A stretch of DNA of 64,000 nucleotides from contig NC_042997.1 of the NCBI RefSeq assembly GCF_006345805.1, positions 68,448,001 through 68,512,000 of the forward strand. The letters run 5' to 3'. The position numbers were made by a program, and so were the translations under genes. The notes under the pieces were generated by a model that saw only the letters and a program-made list of their open reading frames with translations, was not told the DNA's origin and ran no database searches. Below are positions 13,233-26,833 of the stretch, piece by piece (the first letter of the stretch is position 1; the number at the start of each line of letters is the position of its first letter). The stretch is from Octopus sinensis. Its lineage: Eukaryota.

Positions 13233-13765
13233 ACACAGTTAGGTTAGACATGTAGTACTACCTACACCTGTAACAAAATGTGATGATATCTCATAGGATT
13301 ATGCCCAAAACCTCAAATATTTAGTATTGTGTTGCTATAAGTCAATGTTCTTTTCTTTCATATAACCTTATGGCCATAATTATATAGGTTATAACGATAG
13401 TAGTAAACTAAAACGGTTAAAGTTAGAACGGAGCTCAGACTTTAACCGCAGTATTTCGCAAGGTTTTTTTAGACTCCGAAATATAGACTTTTAACATGCT
13501 AACAATTTATCAGTCTCTAAAACAAATCTGCATCTTATTGATAATAAAAAGAATTGTAAATTATTTGTCCACAAATAAGAAAAAAAAACGGAAATAAAAA
13601 ACGAAAAGACCTATTAAAAACTCCTCTTCGTCGTCGTTTTCCTTCTCATCCCCTTCGTCCTCCTCTTCCTCGTCCACCTTCTCCTACTCTCCCCTCCCCT
13701 CCCCTCCCCTCCCCAATTTGCTATTTTGGTACGCACACACACACCCAAACACACACAGACACACA

Positions 13766-13803
<38 letters not shown>

Positions 13804-13809
13804 TGTAGT

Positions 13810-13955
13810 TCAAATTTATACAAAGAACAAAATACAATAGAGACAAGTAACGGAACAACAAACAAGGTGTATTAGTGAGACAGAAGACAGAAAAAAGCGA
13901 AGCCTTTGATGTTTCGAGCCTGCGCTCCTTTACATAAAGGAATGAGGAGAGAAAA
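13810..13955 (-). mobile_element. Penelope-like terminal fragment with a degenerate hammerhead motif
   Basis: Similar to 55987-56210 (aacaa..gtgtattagt..gtttcgagcct.cgctc); the minus strand has GAGC-gcag-GCTC-GAAAC. Confidence 0.55.
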
Positions 13956-13994
13956 CACACGCACACACACACACACACACACACAAACACGCAC

Positions 13995-14033
<39 letters not shown>

Positions 14034-14054
14034 CGCACACACACACGCACACAC

Positions 14055-14100
<46 letters not shown>

Positions 14101-14249
14101 ACACGCACACACGGTCACGCACAACGAATGCACACATATACACGCTCACGCAAATATATAGTATAGACAGTGTGTATACATATAATGATATATATATGTA
14201 CTGTTTTTTATTTCGCCCTGACCACTTGATAAAAATTATCCTTTATTAT

Positions 14250-14496
14250 ATTCTTTTATTCTTTTAATCTGTTATTCTTTTACTTGTTTCAGTAATTTGA
14301 CTGAGGCCATGCTGTGGCACCGTCTTTAGTCGAGCAAATCGACCCCAGGTCTTATTCTTTGTAAGCGAAGTACTTATTCTATCGGTCACTTTAGCAGAAC
14401 CACTAAGTTACGAGGAACTAAGCACACCAGTATCGGTTCTCAAGCGATGGTGAAGGACAAACACAGACACATAAACATACACACGCACGTACATAC

Positions 14497-14560
<64 letters not shown>

Positions 14561-14706
14561 TATATATATATACGACGGGTTTCTTCAGTTTCCATTTACG
14601 AAATCCACTCGTAAGGCTTTCGTCGGCCCGAGGCTATAGTAGAACATACTTGCCCAAGGTGCCACGCAGTGGGACTGAGCCCGGAACCATGTGGTTTGTA
14701 AGCAAT
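14250..14706 (-). mobile_element. Octopus-type SINE: tRNA head, CORE-like segment, internal (TA/TG)n, LINE-derived 3' tail
   Basis: Minus strand: ccacatggttccgggctcagtcccactgcgtggcaccttgggcaagt...(TA)n...ggggtcgatttgctcgactaaagacggtgccacagcatggcctcagtcaaattactgaaacaagtaaaagaata. Confidence 0.85.
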
Positions 14707-15091
14707 ATGAATAAAGATGTTTTTACTCCAGATCAAAGTCGCATTCGCTGCGAAATTAGTTTGATAAATAGCACGTGGTTGAAATGAAAAGTGTCAATTC
14801 GACTTTATCTGTAGATACGTGCAAGTGTATATATATGGCTGTGCGACTTCAGGTCTCCTACAGATATGTATAGACAATTTTATTCATATATTTTGGAATA
14901 TTTGTGCTGACGATACAGTAAGTATTTATTACTTTAAGCTTGAAATTGTTTCCGATATACAATTGACCAACTGTCTGATTTATTACTTTTCATTTGCCCG
15001 CTTACAACCTGTGCTATAGGACATTTAAGTGGGTTTTTTTGGCGCCGTTTGGCGTCTCTTTGCAGCGCCTGGACGCTTGTTTGATCCCCTG

Positions 15092-15562
<471 letters not shown>

Positions 15563-16904
15563 GTACGTTTAAAGCAATAAGCCCTACAGCTAAATCCCAT
15601 TTCTGTCATGAAATGCAATATTATTCAATCGACTCTAAGATGTGTCCATTTTGACATTTATGAGATAAAGGCAACATATTGATTTTTAACTGTGTATAAC
15701 TGCCCGATGACGTTTGGTATTTAGAAGTTATGTTCGTAGTTGACAGCACATCGTCATGTTAACATTTTCTATAGCAGTTTCCGTATCCACCAATCATTTT
15801 AATTTTTTTAAAACTCTTTCGTAATTAATTTATATATGCTTCTTTTGTAATTTATATTTAGTAATCTCTCACGAGGATATTTACTTATAGAGCAACTCAC
15901 CATTATGCGGGTCATTAAAATATAATTTCGAGGAGCTACGACTTGATTTGTCACAGTAGTGTATCTGAACTCTGAGAGGTGAATTCCAAAATGACCAACT
16001 TTGTCTGTTGTTACCCTTTGCTGCTTAGTTATTCATTCATACAGCTGCAAATATACTTACGAGTCAACGATGATGTCTCTAAGTTGTTAATTGGCCTGTT
16101 TGAAATAGCAGTCAAATTTCCCTTAAATCAACCCCAAAACCCTATAAGTTTCGGAAAGGAAGGGGCACATTAGATTATGTGTTTGTCCTAAATATCTTTA
16201 GATCGTAGATCTGCTCAATGAATGCCGATCCGGATCTAAACAATTATCATATAACAGTTTAGGCAGCATCGCCATAACGACCACAATTACGACAACCACG
16301 GACAACCTTACAGAACGTATTTAATAACTTTCAGCTCAAATTCAGTTCGTAAATAGGATGGAAAGACACACATCTAACTAGCTAACATACCCAAATGATC
16401 TAGTAGCTAAGTTTTATAGTAAGGTAAATTGAAAGAATTAGAATATAAATTTCAGAAGTACAACGAAACGCGAAGCAAATTTATATGATAAATCTAGAAG
16501 TTGATAGCACAATATCCCATCCACATTGTTATTTCAATATCCCACTGAATATATTATAGCCTTTGTTATTCTTAATGCCATTAAGAGAGCAAATTATTTA
16601 TTTAGAAGTCTAAAGTTTTAAGAAGAGTGGCGATAATCATGCCATGAGAAGTAAATATGTTGAGAGAGAAAATAAAACAAATTTCACTTTGATGTGATAC
16701 GCTTAAACAAAAACGATGTAACATACTGGATCTTATTATATTTCACAGTTCAAAACAGCCTGTTTGAAACACTAATATTCTGAAGCCACCTACGTATGTG
16801 AAAAAGAGATACTTCAATGAATGTAAATTAAATTAATTAACTGTATCATCGACTAACCAAAAGAAACTAAAGATAGAATAATGTAAAAAAAAGGAAAAAA
16901 ATTT

Positions 16905-17340
16905 AGCACAAGCATGATTGTGTAGCTAAAAAACTTCCTTCGCAACAATGTGGTTACAGGTTCGATGATAAGGCGCCGCACCTTGTCAAGTGACTTTTTC
17001 TACCGTAGAGAACAATGACTTCCTGTTAACAGGAACTAGGCAGAAAAACATGAATACGTATTTATATGTATAGGTATGCGTGTGCGTGTATGTATGTATG
17101 TATATATGTAGGGATGTATGAAGTTAGGCACTGGTATGGCTGTGATATTAAGAAGTACGTTTCGGAACTATTAAATTTCTCGTGAGGGAATTTGATAAAC
17201 AAAAAGTGCATGAAAGCCTGTTGTATGTGTGCGTGTGTGTGTGTATGTGTGGTGTGTGTGCGTGTGTCTTCGTGCTTTGCGCATATCCTACCGCTTGATA
17301 ACGGTGTCTTATTTGTTTACCTGCATATAGCAGCAATTCA
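16905..17340 (+). mobile_element. Two degenerate fragments of the 14250-type SINE
   Basis: atgtggttacaggttcgat...gcaccttgtcaagtgacttttctac; gtatggctgtg..taagaag...ccgcttgataacggtgtc..gtttacc. Confidence 0.55.
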
Positions 17341-17401
17341 TGAAAAACAATATAAAGGCTGATATATATATATATACACAAATCTATGTATGTATAGAAA
17401 A

Positions 17402-17484
<83 letters not shown>

Positions 17485-17526
17485 ATATCTATCTATCTAC
17501 CTACCTACCTACCTACCTACCTATCC

Positions 17527-17618
<92 letters not shown>

Positions 17619-17640
17619 TTATCTACCTATCTATCTATCT
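17402..17640. repeat. (TCTA)n/(CCTA)n microsatellite
   Basis: Direct reading. Confidence 0.97.
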
Positions 17641-18378
17641 TTACAGGTAGGCAGGCTGGATAGAGAGATCTCAAACTGAATTTTGGAAGTGCATGCGCGC
17701 ATTTGTTAGAGCCTGTATGTGTGCGTGTCTATCCGAGAGAGTGTTCGCGCGCAAGCGTCTGTGTGTGTGGGGGTTTGTGTGAGCGTGTATCTTTTGTTGA
17801 ATTATATTAGTGAAAATGCAAGCATCGGATAGAAACCTTACTAAATTGTTCAATTGTCTTCTTTCAAATTCTAAATTGTGTTAATTTTTGCTGAAGCTCA
17901 ACTTCACAAAGGCTAATACGGTTTGGACGTAACTCACATATAATAAAGTTAATAAAATTTAGGTAGGCTTTAATGCAATTATATGGTTAAAAATATCTCG
18001 ATTTCTTCAGTAATTGTGTAAAGAGATGCAATGAGATAAAGAAATAAAAACAGAAAAGAAAGGAGAAATCGTATTACGACCATATCTTATTAAGTAAGAA
18101 GTAATTGCTGATTTCTGTTGATTAATGAGTCTTATTTTATCTCCACAAATTATTTCCTATTCTGTCTACCTATAACTTAGATATCTATCTGTGTTTAGAA
18201 TTTATATACAAGTATTCAACTTTGCCACTCGCCTCTCTCTCTCATCCTCTCACTCATTCTTCATACAACGTTCAAACTGTAAGTACGTTTATTTGTATGC
18301 TACCTGTGTCTTTGTATGTGCGTATGTGCGTGTGTGTGCGCGCACACAAACACACACGCATACACACACTCATATGCA

Positions 18379-19094
<716 letters not shown>

Positions 19095-19540
19095 TGTGCT
19101 CGCGTGTGTACATATGAGCCAAACAAATAAGGTTATTGGACGGATTAAATAATTCAGAAGTTTTCGTATTGGAGTAAACAACCAAACAAAAATCGGATTG
19201 CAATTTTTAACCGTCCAGAAAGAAAATAGAAGATGATTGCTAGAAATTAATTATTAATTTTATAAAAAGAAAAATAACAATTCTTATGCTGTGCAATACT
19301 ATTATTATTTCGTTTGCTAGAGTTCCCGCACTTGTTTAAATAGATAAGTATTACACAACTTTAGTATTAAAGAGCTCTAAAGCACAAAACTTATATTTAA
19401 GGGAAACACGAAATCTTTTTATATCAGAAGGTAACAAATATAGCTACAGCAACACTGTCTTCAAATCTAGACTGACGTTACTTAGACTTCGAAATATGGC
19501 TGTGGATGGTTAGATGGTACCTCAAATCTCTTTTTTATGT

Positions 19541-19735
19541 GATTCAGTCATTAGTTTCCTGCCATGCCGGAGTCCACCTTGAAGTATTTTTAGTCGAATG
19601 AATCAACCCCAGTACGTTTTTGTAAAACTCTACTACTTATTCTATCGGCTACTTTTGCCGAAGCAGTAAGTTACGGGGACGTAAACACACCAATGCCAGT
19701 TGTAAAGCGGTGGAAGTGGGCAACGACAGATACAC
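19541..19735 (-). mobile_element. 3' half of a 14250-type SINE
   Basis: cttattctatcggc..ttttgccgaa..taagttacggggacgtaaacacacca matches 14373-14430. Confidence 0.8.
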
Positions 19736-19738
19736 GCG

Positions 19739-19794
<56 letters not shown>

Positions 19795-19883
19795 TGCATA
19801 TATATAACAACATATGTAAACAAAATTTTTCTGTTTGTTTTTGTACGCGTCGAATGTGTATCCTATCATACAGAAGAGAAAGT

Positions 19884-20070
19884 AATATTTCGAAAGCAGT
19901 ATAGCTGTGAAAACAGCAGAAAGATTGGGTATTTAACCCTTATATGACGGAAAAAAATTTGTCAGCAGAGAGCCACAGGACTCGAAACCGGCTGAGTACT
20001 CTACCAATGAAGTTAAACTGTCCGCTAACAACAATCGTTTTGCTGTTTTCATGGCTATACTTTCCAATAT
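19884..20070. mobile_element. MITE-like element with ~30-bp inverted repeats enclosing a tRNA-like core
   Basis: 19898-19927 versus the reverse complement of 20032-20061 match at 26/30; inner IR ttgtcagcaga / tccgctaacaa; minus-strand A/B-box-like motifs. Confidence 0.65.
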
Positions 20071-21606
20071 GATAGTAGATATAAGAGATTAAGAAAGGGA
20101 TGTTTAACACCAGACCCAGTAATCATTTAATCATTTAAATGCACTTACTGATGTTAGATCTGGACACCTGGTTTGCCTAGTTACTACATGTGATACATGA
20201 TGAGTTTGTCATATGCTTGATATCCTCATCAAGCTAGATTTCATTTTCTCACACTGTTCGTCTCTAACATATGTCTAAAATATAGAAACAAACAAATAGG
20301 TTATTCCAAACAGAATTCGATGGAACAGGTGAAGGTCCCAGCGGCAATAACTGGACAAAGAAAAGCTTGTTGAGTGACCAGAACTTCAACTACCACCAGG
20401 AATGAGACATCTAACGTTACAGGCTCTTGTATTTCATCGGAGAGTAGAGACAAAGCGATTATTGGTTTATAAAATACTAAATTAAACAAACAGGGCAACA
20501 ATACTTTCGTCTGTCTTTTGTTTCCTTTGAAGAGAAAGAAACTGAAACGTTTGATGAAAAGAAAGAATGATGAAGATAGGACAGAGATAAAGAGAGAGAG
20601 AGAGCGAGCAAAAAAGAGATGGTAAAAATTATCATATTCGATGTAGGAGAAAGACAAAGAGTGCGTAGGTGAGAATATGACAGATATTGTGAGAGGTGAA
20701 AAGAGGGGTAGATTAACACAGATGAAGAGGAAAATCTAACAAAATTGGAAGATACATGCATATACGCAGACGCACACAAACACAGACACACGCGCACACG
20801 CATGCACACGCGCGTGCGCGCACACACATATATATATACAAACACATACATATATTTATTTATGTACATAAATATATGCATATATATATATGCATACATA
20901 AATATAATATATATATATATATATGTATGTATATATGTATATATATATATGTATATATGCGTGTGGTATGTGTGTGTAAAGAGAGATAAAGCGAGGGAGA
21001 GAGAAAAGCAAAGAGAGAGCGTGTGTGGTTGGTAATTTCCGTTTCGTTGGTGGGCTTGTTTGATTTCATGTTTCACAAAAAAGAATCTTCAGCAAAGTAC
21101 AAACTGCTGTACGTTTACAGTCGCTACGCCATCAAACAATAAAGTGTTTATGTTGGATTATTCAACAAAAAATGTCTGTATTTAGGTAAGATAATCTTCT
21201 CTATTATTCTATTCTCTGTTCCTTCTGGTTTCAAAATCTTTGTTAGATATTGCCTCGCTTAAACTACATCGCTGCAAATAGTGATTTACATAAATACTGA
21301 TTTACATAAATATTGATTTACATAACACATTTCAGTGTCTTTATTTTTTTAACGGTATAAATATCTTTACCAACAAATTCAACTAAAAGAGTTAAACTCC
21401 AAAGGTCAAGGAAACTGATGGTAGACTGCAAAGGCAAAAAGAAAAAGAATGTTGAAGATAGATTTCTTTTTCTCTCGGGATGACCCTGAAATGTTACTTT
21501 CACTTTTTAGGATGCTATACAAAATTATCGAAAATTATGAGCTTAGCTAAAGCGAGTCAATGCAGGAGCCGCTATATACTTATTGTGCTTGCAAGAAGAA
21601 TTTGTA

Positions 21607-22100
21607 CGAGGGCTGGCTGAAACCATATTAGGCTGACCAAGATACTCTCATGGAATGTGACCAAATGAAGTCTTTCAACATAATCCCCCTTGCAGTCCAT
21701 GCACTTCTACCATAGTTGTTGCAGTGCTTGGATTACATTAGTGAAAAGCTTTCATCCTGTTTGTCGAAAAAAGTCATGAACAGCAGATATCACTGCGATA
21801 ATTCTTCTCAGCCATGTGTGTTTTTTTTCCTGTTGTGAACCAAATTCTCAGATGAGACCAAATCAGGAAAATAGGGAAGGTGATCAACCAGTTCAAAGCC
21901 ATAATCACGCACAGCAGCCATTCAAATGCATTGTCCAGATGAAACAAGACTAAACGCTCAGTTTCCCTGAGCGTTTGGTCTTGATAACCTTTCGTAAGTG
22001 TATCAGCAAGCTAGTATATTACTTTCCATTTGATGGTGTAGCCATTTCGAAAATAGTCAATAAACGCAATACCTTTTGTATCGCAAGAGACTGAGGCTTG
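21607..22100 (-). mobile_element. Mariner 3' fragment, irritans/Himar-like, with disrupted transposase
   Basis: TA+CGAGGG TIR; minus-strand remnants DTKGIAFIDYFRNGYTI, FHLDNA, GFELVDHLPYFPDLVSS (YSPDLAPSD motif), KCMDCKGDYVE. Confidence 0.85.
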
Positions 22101-23170
22101 AACAGGTGCATGGTGTTCACACATCAGGTGTCGAAGTGATAACAGAGATGAAATATTTAGGTCAATAACACAACGCATCACCTGGTCAAGGAACAGAAAC
22201 CACGAACGTGAAAGCAACACTCTAACTGGTAGGCATTGAATCTCACGCTTACTGTAAAATAATAAACGTTTAGAAGTATGTTGGTGCTACACTACGCGAA
22301 CTCCTCTTTCTATTAGCCAAATATAGCATTTCTTGTAATCAAAATTTAATTTTTCAGATCATTGCATTATATTCGAGGCTCAATAGTTTATATATAAATT
22401 TGAGAAATTTTCTACACATTTGTAGATGACTGAAAATATTAAATATTTTTTTTAGATATTTTCCTTATTTAGCGAAAGCGAGACAAAATATGAAAATACA
22501 TAATAGAATGTTTCACAGACAGTTCCAAAGAACGTGCTTAATGGAGTCAAACGCTATGGCATTGAGCAATATACCAGATTACTTTTCATGATTCTCAAAC
22601 ATCATAGACATGCAAGCGATTAATTCCAGTTTCTGTAGTATCATACGTAAAATTAAAAGTGATTTTTTTTTGTCTTTATAAATATTTTCTTATATGGAAC
22701 CAATAATGAAATACTCAACATACAAGGTAACTATCACTATTGGAATGCTTAAGGTCAACAGTAAAATATAAAGTAGTTAATTTTAAATTAGACCGTTACT
22801 GCATCAAGTCAAAAATGTATCTCAATTAATAATAAAGGTCAGCTTTCATCTACAACTCAGTAATATTTTGATATTGGCAAGTAATTGCTTGACATTTTGC
22901 TCGAGATAACGTCAACAAAAATGAAAGAGTTCTCATTGATATTTCATTGGAAGTTTTTTTCTGCTTCATATGACATTTTTCTAGAGATCAATACGTATCA
23001 ACCCAGAGAGTATACATCAAAACAGGGCAAGGGTACATTTTACTCTTCAAAAGACCCGTTGTCAAATACTGGATCAATCATCATCCGTAACATTTACATC
23101 ATTATCAAAATATGTATCTATATGTAGGTGTATGTAAATGTATATGTGTGTGTATATATCTATATCTATC

Positions 23171-23203
<33 letters not shown>

Positions 23204-23393
23204 ATGTGTGTGTGTCTAAACGCGAGTGTGTGTTTGTGTCTGGGTCTATGTATGTATCTATATGCATCTATATGTATGTGTGTGTATATGTATATATGTG
23301 TATATCTATGCATGTATGTATTTATGTATGTATGTATGTATGTATGTATGTATGTATGTATATATATATATATATATAAAGGGACACAAACAC

Positions 23394-23528
<135 letters not shown>

Positions 23529-23834
23529 GTATATATATATATATGCATCTGTGTTTGTGTCCCTTTGCCTGTCCGTCTGTATGTATAGGCACGATATTAA
23601 AACTACATGTTTAAGTATTAATCTTTCTTTCTCCTATTTTTTCCCTCTAAGCAGTTGTTACAGGGAAAGCTGATTAGGTCATTTCATCTAAACTGGGACG
23701 TAAGATTTCTACGTTCATATTTGAACATTTTGCGTTTCTATATTATTTGCTTTTATTCATTCCCTAACTCGATGGGCATATAACAGCAAACCAGCCGACA
23801 CTAAAAGTCTTTAGTGAGACATCTCTTTATTAAT

Positions 23835-23879
23835 GTACCTGAGGAGACCCAGAATGATCGGTCGAAACATAGGTTGTAC
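23835..23879 (+). ncRNA. Minimal type I hammerhead ribozyme motif, probably in a Penelope-like or retrozyme remnant
   Basis: GUAC-CUGAGGA-GACC-cagaaugauc-GGUC-GAAAC-auag-GUU-GUAC. Confidence 0.6.
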
Positions 23880-24256
23880 CAAATTAAAGTCTAATACGAA
23901 TTCCATCTCTTACTATTAGTTATTACTATTACTCTAACTGTCACTGCGGAGTTCCTGAAGTAGATCCAACGGAAGCGTACCATAACTGCGGATGACAGCA
24001 GGTGGCCTAAACTGTGCCGGTGCTCTACTCAACATTTAAAGACACTAACCGACTTATGCTTATTTGCCCCAATTATATATATACACATACATTATATACG
24101 CACATACATATATTCACATATAGACACATACACACGCACACACACACACATACACACACACATATATATATACGTAGAAACACATGAACACATCCATCCA
24201 CCCACGCACACGCTCATATATATATATATGTATATATATGTATATATATATGTATA

Positions 24257-24311
<55 letters not shown>

Positions 24312-24892
24312 GAGAGTGAGAGAGAGAGAAGGAGCGGAAGAGAGAGAGAAGAGAGAAAGAGAGATAGATAATCAAAGAGACAGACAGAAAAAGGAAGATT
24401 ACGAGAGAGAGAGAGGGGAGAGAGAAAGGGAGAGAGGGATACATAAATATGGAGAAAAGCACAGTGCAGAAGAAAAACAAAAGGTTTGCCCTGTTGCCAA
24501 TACATAATCTAATTTAAAACCTCCATCTTCTGTTTTCAAATCTCACCGGAAGAGGGTGTAACTTTCCTTGATTTGACAAATAACTTATGGAATTTGATAA
24601 CTAAGAAACGTTCATGTATTGCAGTAAATGCAATTAACTGGAGCTGATGAAATAATTATGTGAAAATGAGGGTGAAATGAGTGTGATGTGCTAACCTGAG
24701 AAATTATTTATAGTATTATTGGTGTTATATGCGAAAAACTGTGTATAATATACATATTAAAAAATAAGCCACCTGTCGAAGGTCGGAGATAAATCCCTAC
24801 GAAATGTAGTGTAGATTCAAAAATAACATATTTCAGGACGCGGGATGTCACCAGAAACTTTATTGCCTTATATATGTAACTGCGTGTGTGCG

Positions 24893-24944
<52 letters not shown>

Positions 24945-25799
24945 TTTGGATATCTGCACTAACGTGGTCCATTTATTCTAGCTAAAAGTCATCTCTCATC
25001 CTTCCCTCTCAAATATATCTCCCTCTGTTGTTCGCCGAACACTTCAAACCACCACCAACACCTTGAACATATATACTCTGGCATATATCTCACCTCTGAT
25101 CACTCCCAACGCATCGACCCCGGTATGTTCCTCGCTCACAATTCCCCAGTACTCTTATACTTCTCTCATCTTTCATCCCTACTCTCATTCCAGACCGACA
25201 CAGACACTTCAGAATTTTTCTGTCTCTCACTTCAGTACTTAACATATACCACACCGTAACTTCTGCTTCATTTATAGAACCGTCCGCCAAAATACCCAAC
25301 ACGCAATCTTACACTAAACTGTACCCCACAGAACCCTATGAGACCTCAACAATCCAATTGTCTGTATTCGCCCAGTTTTATACAAATTATCCCATTACTC
25401 ATGTCTCTCCACGTTGATCATACAAAGAAGTTCTATGCTCTAATTGCCCCAAGTGACTCACAAACTGCAGTATTTTGATCATAAGAACAAGACCCACAAC
25501 ACTGGGAGAATCTCACCCACTTTCCAAAACTACGATGTCCATCTAACAGCGCATGTCTTGTAAGGTCATTATCCAATCTGTAAATGGTACCTTCTTGCAT
25601 CGCACAGCCCTCATGATTTCAGCCTTCCAAACTGCATTAAAACTGCGGAAACCTCCTTTTCCATTTCACAATAACAAAAGATCAATAAGCACTATCTACA
25701 CGAAGAAATATCCAAACTATGCTGCTGCTTTGTATTCTAATCCACAATTACACCCATGGCCAATACTTTCCAAGCCATGATACTCTCCACTTCGCACAA

Positions 25800-26500
25800 A
25801 TATACATGACAAATGCGAAAGTACCTAGGTTAACTTCAAACCAACAAGGCCATCAGGTCTAACATGATCTTTTCAATTACACTCAAGCATTGCTGTCCAG
25901 AACTTGTCCTACGTCACCAAACTATTAAATCTTTCCATCTGCACGAGGACTATACTCTTCAGTGTTTCATTGTAAATAGAAGCAGTGTCTCATTCTAAAT
26001 AAAAACAACCACTCTGACCAAATCAACAATCATTCTATTGTGTTTACTTGTACCATTTCTCCGTGTTTGGCGACAATCATTAACAGTGATGCTCCGTTCG
26101 TCAACATCTTAAACCTCCTCCATCAGTGATCGCGGTTTCTGCTGAGCTACTTCCACTGAGAGCCTACTCTCTCTTATCTGCAACAGCGAGCTCTTGCTTT
26201 ACAGAATTTCTGTGAAAGCAAAGCTTCAGAGGCATCTGACATGCAATCCTCCAATCAAATCATCCTCGTTAATGGCTCCATCCAACTCACATGAGACTTT
26301 CCTATCTGATGGCACCATGACGTATGTGTTGACGGAGCAGTGTCTATTGCATTCACAGTCAACCTTATTTCAGAGTATTCGAGCTTTTCACACATTCTCT
26401 TGTCCATCAATATATACTTAATGCCATGTCAAGCAAAGTCAATTTTACATCCTGATGAAACAACGTGTCATTCCTTCCAAGCTTCCTCAAATCTGAATCA
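25800..26500 (+). mobile_element. Highly decayed LINE reverse-transcriptase region (CR1/Jockey-like)
   Basis: Remnants LKHCCPELV..TKLLNLSI and NNHSDQINNHSIVFTCTIS..ATIINS resemble the RT N-terminal LK.CA.EL...NYRPI.L.S.ISK..E.IIN pattern; many stops and frameshifts. Confidence 0.45.
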
Positions 26501-26784
26501 TCCATATGTAACCTGAACGCTACACACTGTCTTTTCAAATGATGGCCCTCATTATTGTCCAGGATATCTTCTAGCGAAAACACATATAACGTTGTATCTC
26601 AGAGACTGTTTCAGGGAATCGAAACCTCACAGAAATTTTATGACTCCAGGTCAACAGGTGAGCATGTCCTCTCTCCGCCATTTTGTTTTATAATGACCTT
26701 TGTTCCTCTGAGGTAGCTGGTTATGAATATATGTGCGTGTGTGTTAATATGTGTATGTGTGTGTATATGTGTGTGTGAGTGTGT

Positions 26785-26833
<49 letters not shown>

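Noticed and set aside
14500-14572. Single AA or TT phase switches in the middle of many (AT)n tracts (also about 9154, 19030, 23460, 24263, 55233)
   Set aside because: Most simply consensus or gap-joining errors in unresolvable (AT)n, or slippage; not interpretable without reads
21282-21325. tgatttacataaata(c/t) repeated about three times
   Set aside because: A simple 16-bp tandem repeat with no spacers, so not a CRISPR array; no CRISPR-like array was seen anywhere in the window
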